From Octopus sinensis (Eukaryota): a DNA stretch of 64,000 bases. This document shows, one piece after another, positions 40,890 through 53,949 of the stretch. The notes below the pieces were generated by a model. That model was not told the DNA's origin. It did not search any database and saw only the letters and a list, made by a program, of their open reading frames with translations. A program made the position numbers and the translations under genes. Location of the stretch: positions 16,926,001 through 16,990,000 of the forward strand of contig NC_042999.1 of the NCBI RefSeq assembly GCF_006345805.1. Reading direction: 5' to 3'. Numbering within the stretch: position 1 is the stretch's first letter; the number at the start of each line of letters is the position of its first letter.

Positions 40890-40974
40890 CTACATATATC
40901 TATATATATATATAATATATAATCTACATATATATATATATATAGATATATCTATATTATATATATATCTACAC

Positions 40975-41011
<37 letters not shown>

Positions 41012-41261
41012 CATATAATATATATATATATATATCTACATATATATATATATATATATCTACATATATATATATTATATATATATATATTATATATATA
41101 CCATATATATATATATATCACATAGTGGATAACTCTCTAATAATTTATATATATATATATATATATATATCTACATATATATATATATATATATATCTAC
41201 ATATATATATATATACATATAATATATATATATATATATATTATATCAAATTATATGATTG

Positions 41262-44200
41262 ATTGATTGATTGATTGATTCTAGTTTCAGCTTTTGAGCT
41301 GTGGCCATGCTGGGGCACCACCATTTGGTGTTGCTACTTGGTTTCACTTCATGGAGGCTTTCTAGCAACTGCTATTTGGTGCATGAGAGAGTTCGATGCA
41401 GCTGCCCCTCCTGCCGTGAAGTTGGTTCATCTGGGACACCTGACAGGAAGAGATCCAGCTCCATTTTAAAGACATCTGTATCCACCCCATGCAGGTCTCT
41501 CAGGTTCTTCGGGAGGATATTGAAGAGCTGTGGGCCTCGGAAGCCCAGGCTATCACAGAATCTTGTCCTACATCTTGATGGCAAGTTTGGAGTCCTAGGC
41601 ACCACGCAGTGGCGCCCAGTTCTGGCATTTGCGTAACTCTCGATGCCAAAGTTCAGGACACTTCCCTCCAGGATCTTCCAGATGTATATTATGGCATATC
41701 TTTCCCGCCTACGCTCCAGGGAATATAATTTTAATCTCTTGAGTCTTTCCCAGTAGCTACATTCTGCATAGAGGCTATCTTCTTCGTGTAGCTTCGTTGG
41801 ATCGCCTCAAGTTCTGTGATCAACTTGACACTGGATGGTGACCATAGCTGAGAGCAATAGTCAAAGTGGCTTAGGACAAGTGTCTTCCAGAGGACCATCA
41901 TGGTTTCTGGTTCTCTTGTTCTAAAGGTTCTAAGAATCCATCCAGCCAGCCGTCTGCATTTCATTGTCAGTTTAGCAACATGTACATGAAAGGTCGCGTC
42001 ATCACTCATGTGAATACCAGGTCACGCACTGATTGTGCCTCTGGGATTGCAATCCCTCCGAGTCCAGTGTATTCCTTGGTATTGCATTCAGTTTTGCATG
42101 CTGATAGTATAAAGCTTGAAACTTTTCAGCATTGAACTGCATGCTATTCTTTTCAGCCCACTTGTATATTTCGTCCAGCTCATATTGCAGGTGCTTAGTG
42201 TCTTCAGGGTTCTGTATTGCCTGTGAAACTTTTGTATCATCTGCATAACTTGTGATCGTGGCTCTCCGCGTGGCTGAGGGCATGTCTGAGAGGGCCATTA
42301 TCAACAGTAGTGGTCCCAAAACAGTGCCCTGTGGAACACCGCTCACTATTTGCGTGCTAATGGAAGTGGCCCCATTGCTACGACACCTGACTTCTATTCT
42401 TCAGAAAGTCGTGAAGCCATTCTCCTAGTTTTCCAACTATGCCAAGATCACGCAGTTTGTGACATCATTCCATGATCGACTTATCGAAGGCCTTTGCGAA
42501 GTCGAGATATATGACTTCACATTTGAGTTGGTTGAGCAGTTGTTTCAGCACCCAGTCATAGTGCTGCAGGAGCTGAGTTAAGCAGCTTCTTCCTGGTCGG
42601 AAACCATGTTGGGTGTCAGGCAGCAAGTCATTTTCTTCAAGGAAGGTGATTAGTTCCTTCTGACTATTCGTTCCATGACTTGCTGATGTGTGAGGTCAGA
42701 GAGATAGGTCTATAGTTCTTGGCCTCCGCTCTGTTACCTCCTTTATGAATAGGACATATTTTACCTTCCTTCAGTTTTCTTGGAAGTTTGCCAGCTGCAA
42801 GGAAGCTCTGAAAGAGGAACTGCAGTGGTCTTGCTAAGACTCTCTTACATACTTTTAGGAGGATTGCCGGGAATCCATCGGGGCCAGTAGATGAGTCTAT
42901 TTTCATTTCATCTATAGCCTTTATTACATCGTCTTCCTTTATATCGATGTAATTTATCGTCGCCGCCTCTGATTCTATATCTGCAGTGGTAAAGAAGTCA
43001 GTTGGATTGCTGATTTGGAAATGCCCAAGGGGTGGAGTGAAAACACTCTTGAATTGTTCATTCAGTATTTCACTTACCCTCATTGGTTTTCCTGTGAATG
43101 TGCCATCCTTTTCAAGGAGTGGCCCTATCCTACAGTGCACCGTAGCTGTTTCTTTGGCATACCTGTAGAAAGCTCTGGGGTTAGTTTTTATGTTGTCTAT
43201 AGCCCAGGCTTCTTTGTCTGCTCTTTCCTTCTCATGGGAGAGTTGCAGACAATTTTCAATTTCCAACAGTTTTATTTTCAGGCGGGACTTTTCACTGCTT
43301 TCAATTTGTTTGTTTAGGCGATTTGAAATTTTTGTACGCCGTCTCATTAAAAGTTTCCTCTCTCTGGGGATTTTGTTCTTGTGTACAGTGGCCTTTCTCT
43401 CTGGGACACATTTGTAGCATATGGCTTGCATTACAGACATGAATTGTTGAAGTATCATGTCGATGTCCGGCGAGGAGAGACATTCAGGCCAGTTTTGTTT
43501 GAGGATCTCTTTCTCAATTTGTTTCCAGTTTGCCTTATTGAAGTTCAAGCTGGAAAGATTCTGAGGGTTTCTTGTAGGCTGCATGTCCGTGCTCTCTTTT
43601 GGCCCGTACATGGTCAGCCCTACCATGTTGTGATCCGAGAGTAGTGTCGGTGTCACTTTCACATTATGGATGAGATCCATATTATTTGTGAAGCAGAGAT
43701 CCAGTGTGTTACCTGCTCTGGTTGGTTGCAGTATTACTTGCTCCACGTACAGGGTGTTGGTGAGGTTCAGGAGGGACCTCGCCTGTCCACGTTCACATCT
43801 TGTCATTCCTGGGAGAGAAAGGCCCTCGGGCCATCTGACATTCGGTAGATTGAAGTCTCCCATGAGAAGTACACTTATGTGTTGTTCTAATGTGGTTAGA
43901 ACTTCTTCTATTTTTAAAAGGCATTCTCAAACTTGCCCATATGACTTGGGGCATCTGGAGGGCGATATGTAGCACACACAACTACATCAAGTTGCCTTAT
44001 GTGTACAATTAGGTGTCACACACCGAGTTTGAGTATGACAAAAGGACCTGGGGTATGAGGTCCCCACGGATGTACATAGCAACTCCTCCATGACTCCTTT
44101 CTTTCCTGTCGGTCCGTAGTACAACATACTGTGGTATGTGTAATTCCGCATCTGCTATGTCCGGTTTCAGATGCGTTTCTGTGAGTGCTATGCATAAGGC

Positions 44201-44466
44201 TTGATTGCATGCGACAAAGTCTCTCAGGAACGGGACTTTTGTCCTGTTACTGTGTGTTAGTAGTCCTCTGATGTTCAGTAGGAGCATCGAGGTGAGGTGT
44301 ATGCTGTTGCCGGCGGTGTCCACCCTGGGTCCATCTGCCGTGGCGGTCTTGTGAACTGTGGGCAGTTCCATCTGCGAGCCTGAGCCTGATGGAGCCAGGT
44401 TAGCTGCTGTACAATCTTTTGTGCCATGCACAAAAAAGATTCCTGCTCAGCAGCTGCCCTTTTAAC
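41262..44466 (-). mobile_element. CR1-group LINE C, 5'-truncated
   Basis: ORF2 fragments 44009..44431 (LLNIRGL..ALTETHL..RSHGGVAMY), 42664..43863 (GDFNLP, LDLCF, SDHN, NYRPISLTS), 42002..42346 (GVPQGTVLGP, YADD), 41731..42009 and 41372..41605. 3' tail (AATC)n. Same family group as LINE B but clearly diverged. Confidence 0.94.
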
Positions 44467-44563
44467 AATATATATATATATCTAATTATATATATATATA
44501 TATATATCTCTACATATATATATATATATATATATATCTACATATATAATATATAATATCTAC

Positions 44564-44594
<31 letters not shown>

Positions 44595-44598
44595 CTAC

Positions 44599-44650
<52 letters not shown>

Positions 44651-44756
44651 TACATATATATATATATATATCTACATATATATATATATATCTACATATA
44701 TATATATATATATAATATATATATATATATATCTACATATATATATATATATCTAC

Positions 44757-44797
<41 letters not shown>

Positions 44798-44807
44798 CTA
44801 TATATTT

Positions 44808-44860
<53 letters not shown>

Positions 44861-44879
44861 ATATCTCTATATCTATCTC

Positions 44880-44918
<39 letters not shown>

Positions 44919-45934
44919 TCGTAGTCGTTTCTTTTTCCATGGCCTCCGATATTCGCCTATGTGTAGAAGGACACTCATTCTTTAGTAACTACTCCAGCTT
45001 CTGCATGTATTATTAGGTTTCTTCTTCATTATATCGATGTTTCTGTCAGTTTCCATTACATCTACGACGGCTATCTTTGCGGTTCTTACTCTTGTTTCTC
45101 TTTTATCGTAAAGTCTTCCCTTTAGCAAGGTTTTGCAGTCGCCAATAGGAAGATCTATTGATTTAAAAATTTTGGCAATTTACATATTTACAACGTTATC
45201 TTATTCAAAGTTTCGATCTTTACAAGGTTGTATTCTCGAATGTTTCTCATATTCCCATCATTCATATTTCTTTAATTTTCTCTTTTTTATAGCTTTTGAC
45301 GTACAGTATTATATAGATCTGGTGATATTGTGTCTCGTGTTATTATTTATGTATATTTTCTACACATATACATACATATGTATTATACATATATATATAT
45401 ATATATTATATATATATATATCTATATATATATATATATAATATATATATATTATATATATATATATATATGCATTTTACTATTCATTATATATCTCAAG
45501 TCTTGTATTCCAAAACATATTTACAAGCTAAAATCCACTCATGAGAATGTTTAAGCAGTAATAAAACAAACCATTATTCATATTCTTTGAAACATATATT
45601 CTGAAACCTAGAGGAATGGGAGCAATATCTAAAGTATCACATAAGTAATAATTTATATAATGGACCGAGAAGTATAATTCACAGTAGTTCCTTAATTTTT
45701 TAGTTGCATTATATAACTTAGGAATGACCTCGCTGACATTAACCCTTTCGTTACCGTATTTATCTTGAGATGCTCTGTGTTTCTTTTAATTAATCTAAAT
45801 ATAATAGAGTTTAGTAAAATAACATAGTTATCATGAAGCTAGCATTAGGAACATAAACTGTGACTAAAGTTTGGTGGAAGATTTTAGTTCAAAATTTATG
45901 AAAACAAGATAGACATTTGTACTACAGAGCTATA

Positions 45935-46320
45935 GTGGAGGCGCAATGGCCCAGTTGTTAGGGCAGCGGACTCGCGGTCGTAGGATCGCGGTTTCGATTC
46001 CGAGACCGGGCGTTGTGAGTGTTTATTGAGCGAAAACACCTAAAGCTCCACGAGGCTCCGGCAGGGATGGTGGTGATCCCTGCTGTACTCTTTTACCACT
46101 CTTTCTCTCACTCTTACTTCCTGTTTCTGTTGTACCTGTATTTCAAAGGGCCGGCCTTCTAACTCTCTGTGTCACGCTGAATATCCCCGAGAATTACGTT
46201 AAGGGTACACGTGTCTGTGGAGTGCTGAGCCACTTACACGTTAATTTCACGAGCAGGCTGTTCCGTTAATCGGATCAACCGGAACCCTCGTCGTCGTAAC
46301 CGACGGAGTGCTTCCATCCA
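45935..46320 (+). mobile_element. SINE family C, full length
   Basis: tRNA-like head with A box (TGGCCCAGTTGTTAG) and B box-like (GGTTTCGATTCC), then body and a tail ending CGTAACCGACGGAGTGCTTCCA. Confidence 0.92.
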
Positions 46321-47247
46321 CAGAGCTAAAGGTGGTTTTAGCCGGGTTGGTAACGAAAGTGTTAAAAGAGTTTTGGAGTTCCTGTCGTGTAGCAGCAAAA
46401 TATTAGGTTCGATCTGCGGGAGTGGGCGTCTATATCGGTCTCCTTTTGACTCAGCAAGCTGAAATCCATCTTCAAAGTGACTGAAACCCTTCAAAAATGG
46501 CTGAAACCCTTCAAAAGCTTGTAGTTTTTTGTCGGTGTTGAATTAAAATCTTCACAGATCTTGCTGTACTTGTCACGGTTTTAAAAGCTATTAAGATATT
46601 CTTGGCGTTATGTACTTTATGTAATTAGCAGATTTTCTTAGTTCTGAATCATTAAGAAATTTAATCTAATCAGTTAAACGAAAACATTATTCTTTATTTT
46701 AGTAGCAGCAAAGATATCTCGTTTCTAAAAGAGATACTGATTAATATATTTTATCGTTTATTAAATGAATTAACGCACAGCTCAAATGAATTGATGAGGT
46801 AAAAGGTCGTTGAAATTGGTTTCCTATACTTCTCTATTTTGCATCAACATAATTTTTAGTGATTTTTAGAAGACATGTTTATGTATCTGCTTCTAATTTC
46901 GGATAACTTATGTTTAATATTTTCAAAATCTATGGGGTTGGGGGAACAAGTCATAAACTTTCAAGTAGTCAACTCATGCTACATTCACACCCTTCAATCC
47001 CCATTTCTGATGTCTTTGCTTGTGATTTAGTTGAGCAAAAACCTTCCTTACAAAACTTAGTTTGGAAGTGTTTCTCTGATTCCAGATTTTTTAAATTTAT
47101 TATTAAAGACAGATAAAATATTAATAGAAAACACTTGTCCTTCACTTGTGGTATCAGTTTTCTGCCTAGCATTTTTGTAATACATGAATCACAATCGCTA
47201 ATTTTTTTGTGAAGTACGCTTCCCTACCAAGTATTGCTAATTGACAA

Positions 47248-47479
47248 AGGTGGTGAGCTGACAGAAACGGTAGCACGCCGAGTGAAATGCCCAGCGGTAT
47301 TTCGTCTGCCGCTACGTTCTGAGTTCAAATTCCGCCAAGGTGGACTTTGATTTCATCCTTTCGGGGTCGATAAATTAAGTACCAGTTACGCACTTGGGTC
47401 GATATAATCGACTTAATCCGTTTGTCTGTCCTTGTATGTCCCCTCTGTATTTAGCCCCTTGTGGGTAGTAAAGAAATAG
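47248..47479 (+). mobile_element. SINE family A, full length, with 17-bp target-site duplication
   Basis: GTATTGCTAATTGACAA at 47231-47247 and 47480-47496. Confidence 0.95.
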
Positions 47480-48365
47480 GTATTGCTAATTGACAATAAC
47501 TTGGGTTCTTTCAATTATACTATGCAGATAATCATCAGATTGCATTCCTGTAATTCTTGTTTCCAAGTAAGAATTAGGTACTCTGCAGCAATTTCAGTAA
47601 TTTCAGACAATTATTCTGAAGGTATGTGGAAGTAAATTCTTAATAAAAGCTATCTCCTACAAAACCATCCTCCTTAAATATTATTCGGAATAAATACTTA
47701 AACATTTCGTATCCGTGAACGGTAATTTATTTTTGTCACCTAAGCTGAACGTTTCCATGAGATACATTATTTTATAGCACAACGTGGAAAATGCTACCTC
47801 CCTTGGCCAACGTGTCGGAGATATGTAATCTAACAAACAAACATCATTACAATTCACGTAAGCCATTACAGCTTCTGATAACATAGCTAAGTTCATATAA
47901 AACTCTGCAAATATTTGCACATTAATTTGGAACATCGTGTGATGCCTCCGTGAACATGAATTCATTACTAAACAGTAAACTATATACAAAACATGAACAT
48001 CGGATTTTCCATATTTTTGTATCACCTAAACACTTCATCTTAGATGCACCATCGAAGAGAAAGATGGATATGTTTGATCTCTTAAAGATAAGGAAAAGGT
48101 ATGAATAGTTTTATATAGCTAAATGCGCAGCTGAGTTCTTCCTTTGGTTGAAAGGCTTGCTTCCATTGAAGATTGATGGTTATACATTTACAAAATGTTA
48201 TCACGAGTTCTGATATTAAATAAGAGCAGCTCAACAGTTGAAGTGTCACGTTTCTCATCGCATATAAGAGAGACAAGAAGCAAAAACTCAAGTAGCCTTA
48301 GTTCTAAAACTAAATTTATTCGAGCAGTCACAAGTTACTCTTTCTTATCCTATAACATTTCAATA

Positions 48366-48596
48366 CCTATTTCTTTACAACCCACAAGGGGCTAAACACA
48401 GAGGGGACAAAGAAGAACAAGCGGATTAAGTCGATTACATCGACTCCAGTGCGTAACTGGTACTTAATTTATCGACCCCGAAAGGATGAAAGGCAAAGTC
48501 GACCTCGGTGAAATTTGAACTCAGAACGTAACGGCCGACAAAATACGGCTACGCATTTCGCCCGGCGCGCTAACGTTTCTGCCAGCTCACCGCCTT
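48366..48596 (-). mobile_element. SINE family A, full length
   Basis: Reverse complement of 47248-47479. Imperfect flanking repeat ATAACATTTCAATAC / ATAATATCTCAATAC. Confidence 0.92.
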
Positions 48597-48977
48597 CATA
48601 ATATCTCAATACCGCAGTACTTATACACCAGTAGCATCATGCCTGAGTTAGTTTTGCTCTGGTCTGAACGAAATTAAACGGGCATATATTTATAGAAATG
48701 TCCGTATTTCCACCGAAAGCGATGGCTTGTAGTTAAGGATGTGGAAATTGCTTACCTGACAGCACATAAATAAATCCGTGTATAATTCGGAACATAAGCT
48801 AATTTATTATATTCATTATTAATCGGCTTTATTATTAGTATGAAGTCAACTAATATTTTTGCACTGTCTGCGCAGTTACGGATTTACAAATAAACCGGAA
48901 TGCTTACAGTAAATCGACAGCAAACTTTATATATATTTGAACAGCATGATGACAGTAATTCTAAGCATCTGTAAACA

Positions 48978-49380
48978 GGCGCAGGAGTGGCTGTGTGGTA
49001 AGTAGCTTGCTTACCAGTCACATGGTCCTGGGTTCAGTCCCACTGCGTGGCACCTTGGGCAAGTGTCTTCTACTATAGCACCGGGCCGACCATAGCCTTG
49101 TGAGTGGATTTGATAGAGGGAAACTGAAAGAAGCCCGTCGTATATATATATGTATATATATATGTGTTTGTGTGTCTGTGTTTGCTCCCACCACCCAAGA
49201 TCGCTTGAAAACCGATGCTGGTATTTTTACGTCCCCGTAACTTAGTGGTTCGGCAAAAGAGACCGATTGAATAAGTACTAGGCTTACAAAGAATAAGTCC
49301 TGGAGTCGATTTGCTAGACTAAAGGTGGTGCTCCAGCATGGCCCCAGTCGAATGACTGAAACAAGTAAAAGAGTAAAAAG
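48978..49380 (+). mobile_element. SINE family B (tRNA head, CORE-like centre), full length
   Basis: Head GGCGCAGGAGTGGCTGTGTGGTAAG, B box-like GGTTCAGTCCC, central ACCTTGGGCAAGTGTCTT resembling the CORE-SINE domain, internal (TA)/(TG) microsatellite, tail (GTAAAAGA)n. Confidence 0.92.
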
Positions 49381-49649
49381 CTCAACTAACCTTGTTTTTT
49401 TGGTTTTTTTTTTGTTATCAAAATGTCATGTATTAAGCTAAAAGCGTAAAACACTATTTCGCAGAATCTGCATCAGTACTCAAGGGTTTAATTATAATAA
49501 CGTATATTTCTGCGAGCACAACTGTAAAGACATTCTACAATTGCAGCAAATATTTGAAACAGCATCATGGATATCGGTTATTTTTTTGTTTCTAATATAG
49601 GAATTGATATTCGTTCTGTAGCATGGGCAGATCTCTTGAGACTGGCATC

Positions 49650-49652
49650 TTG

Positions 49653-49683
<31 letters not shown>

Positions 49684-49989
49684 CATCATTAATTTTATCA
49701 TTATTATTATTATTATTATTATTGTTATCGTTATTATTATTATTATTATCGTTATTATTATTATTATCGTTATTATTATTATCATCATTATTATTATTAT
49801 TATTATTTCTACTATTATTATTATTATTACTATTATTATTATTATCATCATTATTATTTTCATTATTATTAATATTATCATTACTATTATTATTATTATC
49901 ATCATTATTATTTTCATTATTATTAATATTATTACTATTATTATTATCATCATTATTATTATTGCTATTATTACTATTATTATTATTAC

Positions 49990-50021
<32 letters not shown>
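49650..50021 (+). repeat. (ATT)n-derived trinucleotide array
   Basis: ~370 bp of ATT/ATC/ACT units; source of the spurious poly-Ile and poly-Leu ORFs. Confidence 0.97.
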
Positions 50022-50023
<2 letters not shown>

Positions 50024-50378
50024 GATTGCGGTTTAGCATTCCAAATTTTAAAATGCCACATATATTATAATCCTTACAGCTGGTTGCTTGCTAGTAACTA
50101 ATAAACACACATAACCGGCAAATGAACCAAAACAAAATAAAACAAAACGAAACCAAGAAAATAATAATAAAATTAATGCCAGATGTATCAACTTCTTAAA
50201 TTCGGCTAATTTTAAATATTAGCTATGGGAATCTGGTGGAAATCTCTTATTTGGGTGTCTATATCTAAGTTAATGCCCTCAGCTATTTCATTTGCCTCTT
50301 CTCGTATTAGCTTCGTCTCATGTGTCTCGTCTAATAACAACTTTTAAATGAATAGGTTTCAAGAAATTTCCCATCGTG

Positions 50379-51155
50379 CATCGTTCTCTGTAAAACATCT
50401 CAACTCTTAAAGTTCATGCTTTTTTCCAGATATAGCTCGAACTATATACAGCTATGTATAGTTCGCGTTTGTTTCTTAAGATGTGATTTACTGCCGATTT
50501 AGCTGCTATTTCTAGCAGGTCAGGCAATTAAATAGAGGTTCCGGCACTGTGCATCGTTCTTCGTAAAACATCTCAACTCTAAAAGTTCATGCTTTTTCCA
50601 GATATATTTCTTTATTGCCCACAGTGGGCTACACACAGAGGGGACAAACAAGGTCAGACAAACGGATTAAGTCGATTACGTCGACCCCAGTACGAAAATG
50701 GCACTTTATTTATCGATCACGAAAGGATGAAAAGCAAAGTCGATCTACTCACAATTCGAACTCAGAACGTAACGACAGACGAAATACCTATTTCTTTACT
50801 CAACACAAGGGACTAAACACAGAGAGGACAAACACGGACTGACAAACGGATTAAGTCGATCATATCGACCCCAGTACGTAACTGGTACTTAATTTATCGA
50901 TCCTGAAAGGATGAAAGACAAAGACGACCTCGGTGGAATTTGAACTCAGAACGTAACGACAGACGAAATACCACTAAGCATTTCGCCCGGCACGCTAACG
51001 TGTTTGCCAGCTCGCCGCCTTATGCTTTTTCCAGATATAGCTCGAACTTTATACAGCTATGTATATTCCTCCTTTGTTTCTAAAGATGCGATTTACTGCA
51101 GATTCGGCTGCCATTTCTAGTAGGTCATGCAATTAAATAGAGGTTCCGACACTGC
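50379..51155 (+). repeat. ~175-bp direct tandem duplication, second copy interrupted by a SINE
   Basis: GCATCGTTCT...GCTTTTTCCAGATATAGCTCGAACT...TAAATAGAGGTTCC occurs twice. Confidence 0.88.
50607..51021 (-). mobile_element. SINE family A, two-unit copy with 18-bp target-site duplication
   Basis: ATGCTTTTTCCAGATATA at 50589-50606 and 51022-51039. Confidence 0.93.
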
Positions 51156-51854
51156 CTTGATTATCATGATAGTTGTTGGGATTGTTATTTTATTAATATC
51201 CTTATTACAGATAATACCTCAGTCGGCGCTTAAGACCTTCTGAATAGCAATATTCATTATAGTTAGCGCGGATCACGCAAGTTGTTATTTTAGACTTCTC
51301 CGTTAATATTTATTGAAAACGAAAAACATTAAAAAAACTAGCAAGCACACTTCAAATTGAAATTAAATCATATGATATGCACTGGAAAATCAATAAACTA
51401 TTTTAGAATTATGACTGGCATAACTATTTCATGTTGCATTGGAATTGGTAAATACAAGTATACAAATATTTCCATCTATCTGTCCACTACCTTCATATGC
51501 ATGCATGCATGTATTGTGTATGTATCTTTATCTATCTATCTACCTCTCTCTCTCTCTATCTACCTATCTACTTCTCTCTCTCTCTATCTACCTATCTACC
51601 ACTACCTACCTACCCACCCATCTACCTACATACCTATCTATCTATCTATCTATCTATCTATATGTCTACATCTCTATCTATTTACCTCTCTCTCTCTATC
51701 TACCTATCTACTTATCTCTCTATCTATCTATCTACCAACCTACCTACCTACCCTCCCACCTCTATCTATCTATCTATCTATCTAACTATCTATCTGTCTA
51801 GCCTCATAAACATATGCGTACATATATACTTACATACATACATATACATTCATA

Positions 51855-51909
<55 letters not shown>

Positions 51910-52107
51910 ACTCACACACATACGTTAAAATATACGCATATACGTGCATAGTATACAATAACATAAATGTGAACAAATAGCTACAAAACATCATATAATT
52001 TATGACATGTGGAGAAGAGAGTATACAAAGATATAACTTAGGCACAAAACAAAGATGCCACGAAGTGCATAGGGATTTCAGATAGGCGGGTACAAATCCA
52101 GGCAGTA

Positions 52108-52334
52108 CTCTCTTTACTCTTTTACTAATTTTAGTCATTTGACTGTGGATATTCTGGAGCACCGCCTTTAGTCGAGAAAATTGACCCCAGAACTTATTCT
52201 TTGTAAGCCCAGTACTTATTCTAGCGGTCTCTTATGCCTAACCGCTAAGTTACGGGTACGTAAACCCACCAGCATCGGTTGTCAAGCGATGTTGGGTGGG
52301 GGGGACAAAGAAACAAACAAACATATACACACAC

Positions 52335-52366
<32 letters not shown>

Positions 52367-52528
52367 GACGGGATTCTTTCATTTTTCCGTTTACCAAATC
52401 CACTCACAAGGCTTTGGCCGACCCGAGGCTATAGTAGAAGAGACTTGCCCAAAGTGCAACGCAGTGGGATAGAACCTGGAACCATGTGGCTGGTAAGCAA
52501 GCCACTTACCACACAGCCACTCCTACGG
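52108..52528 (-). mobile_element. SINE family B, full length
   Basis: Reverse complement of 48978-49380. Confidence 0.92.
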
Positions 52529-52644
52529 CTAATGCATTAATATCAGAGTCCTTTTTGGGTGCATCTAAATGTTTAGGTGTGCATCATATAAATCTAGCAA
52601 CCAAAGGGCTGGAAACTGCATGAATATATATATATATATATATA

Positions 52645-53175
52645 TAAAACATTATGGTGAATTGAAGAAATGGAGCTGAACGCAGATTGACAGAAATCGT
52701 TTTATTTCATTCTACGCGTGTTTCGAAAGGCACAAATTACCAAAATCCGATTGAATAATGGGACCATATTGTGTCTTTCTCTTCAGGAAGAAAAAAGGAA
52801 ATCCGTTGGAAAACAAAAACAGACAGAGGCGGAGCAAAAAACAAATCGAACTGTGCTCCTAAGAGCCCATGGCGAAACTGTTTATCAGTGTATGTTGAGA
52901 ACCGGTGGCCACCGGTTCTCAACATACACTGATAAACAGTTTCGCCATGGGCTCTTAGGAGCACAGTTCGATTTGTTTTTTGCTCCGCCTCTGTTCTGTT
53001 TTTGTTTTTCCAACGGATTTCCTTTTTTCTTCCTGAAGAGAAAGACACAATATGGTCCCATTATTCAATCGGATTTTGGTAATTTGTGCTTTCGAAACAC
53101 GCGTAGAATGAAATAAAACGATTTCTGTTCAATCTGCGTTCAGCTCCATTTCTTCAATTCACCAATAATGTTTTA
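52645..53175. repeat. ~530-bp near-perfect palindrome with no spacer
   Basis: Centre ACCGGTGG|CCACCGGT between 52908 and 52909; arms ~265 bp with only a few indels. Confidence 0.96.
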
Positions 53176-53320
53176 ATTTCAATTATCCGCACCAACGCAC
53201 GGTTGCAACGCCAGATGGTTGTACCTCCACCGTGCTGTTTACTGCTGTGATTTTTGCTACTAAGGTATCGGTTAAACTGTTGATTAATCTACTACAAGAT
53301 TATTCATCTTTCTATTTCAC

Positions 53321-53392
<72 letters not shown>

Positions 53393-53439
53393 GTGTGGGT
53401 TTGCGTGTGTATATATGTATATGTGTTTATTTCATTTTA

Positions 53440-53651
53440 ACTTTTCTCAGTTATTAGACTCCGGTCATGCTGGGGCACCGCCTTCAAGAAGTTTTTAGCC
53501 GAATGTATCGAATCCATTATATTTCGAAGCCTCGTACTTATTCAATCGATCTCCTTGGTGTAGCTGCTAGGTTACGGCGATGTAAACACCCCAGCACCAG
53601 TTATCAAGCGGTAGCTGGGCGGACCAGCAAGGGAAACAAAGACACTCTCCT

Positions 53652-53660
<9 letters not shown>
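53440..53660 (-). mobile_element. SINE family B variant, 3' part
   Basis: GGTCATGCTGGGGCACCGCC and TAAACACCCCAGCACCAGTTATCAAGCG are homologous to family B. Boundaries approximate. Confidence 0.65.
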
Positions 53661-53691
<31 letters not shown>

Positions 53692-53949
53692 ACAATTTAA
53701 TAAATAAAACATATGCATACATACATACATACATATATGTACATACCAACATCTATATGTATATATAGATGCATATATGAGTACAGGACACCACAAACAA
53801 ACGTAGAACACAACGAGAAACGAAAACATAAAATCATACAAGGAAACGGACTTTTTTTAACAACGAAAAAACAGAGTACAAGACAAACAATACAAGGAAT
53901 ATTCTCCTTCATCAGCTGCCCCTGTTTCGACTCAATATATATATATATA

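Noticed and set aside
45935-46010. tRNA-like sequences at SINE heads (also 15565, 48978, 55933)
   Set aside because: They continue into SINE bodies and lack complete cloverleaves, so they are not tRNA genes.
47681-48025. 114-aa minus-strand ORF as a host exon
   Set aside because: It has no recognisable domain, no convincing splice-site pair and AT-rich codon usage like the background.
52850-52895. CCTAAGA-GCC-CAT-GGC-GAAAC inside the long palindrome
   Set aside because: The core lacks G5, and no stem I or valid cleavage triplet forms.
53895-53935. GAAAC...CTGATGAAG on the minus strand
   Set aside because: The stems do not pair into any hammerhead topology.
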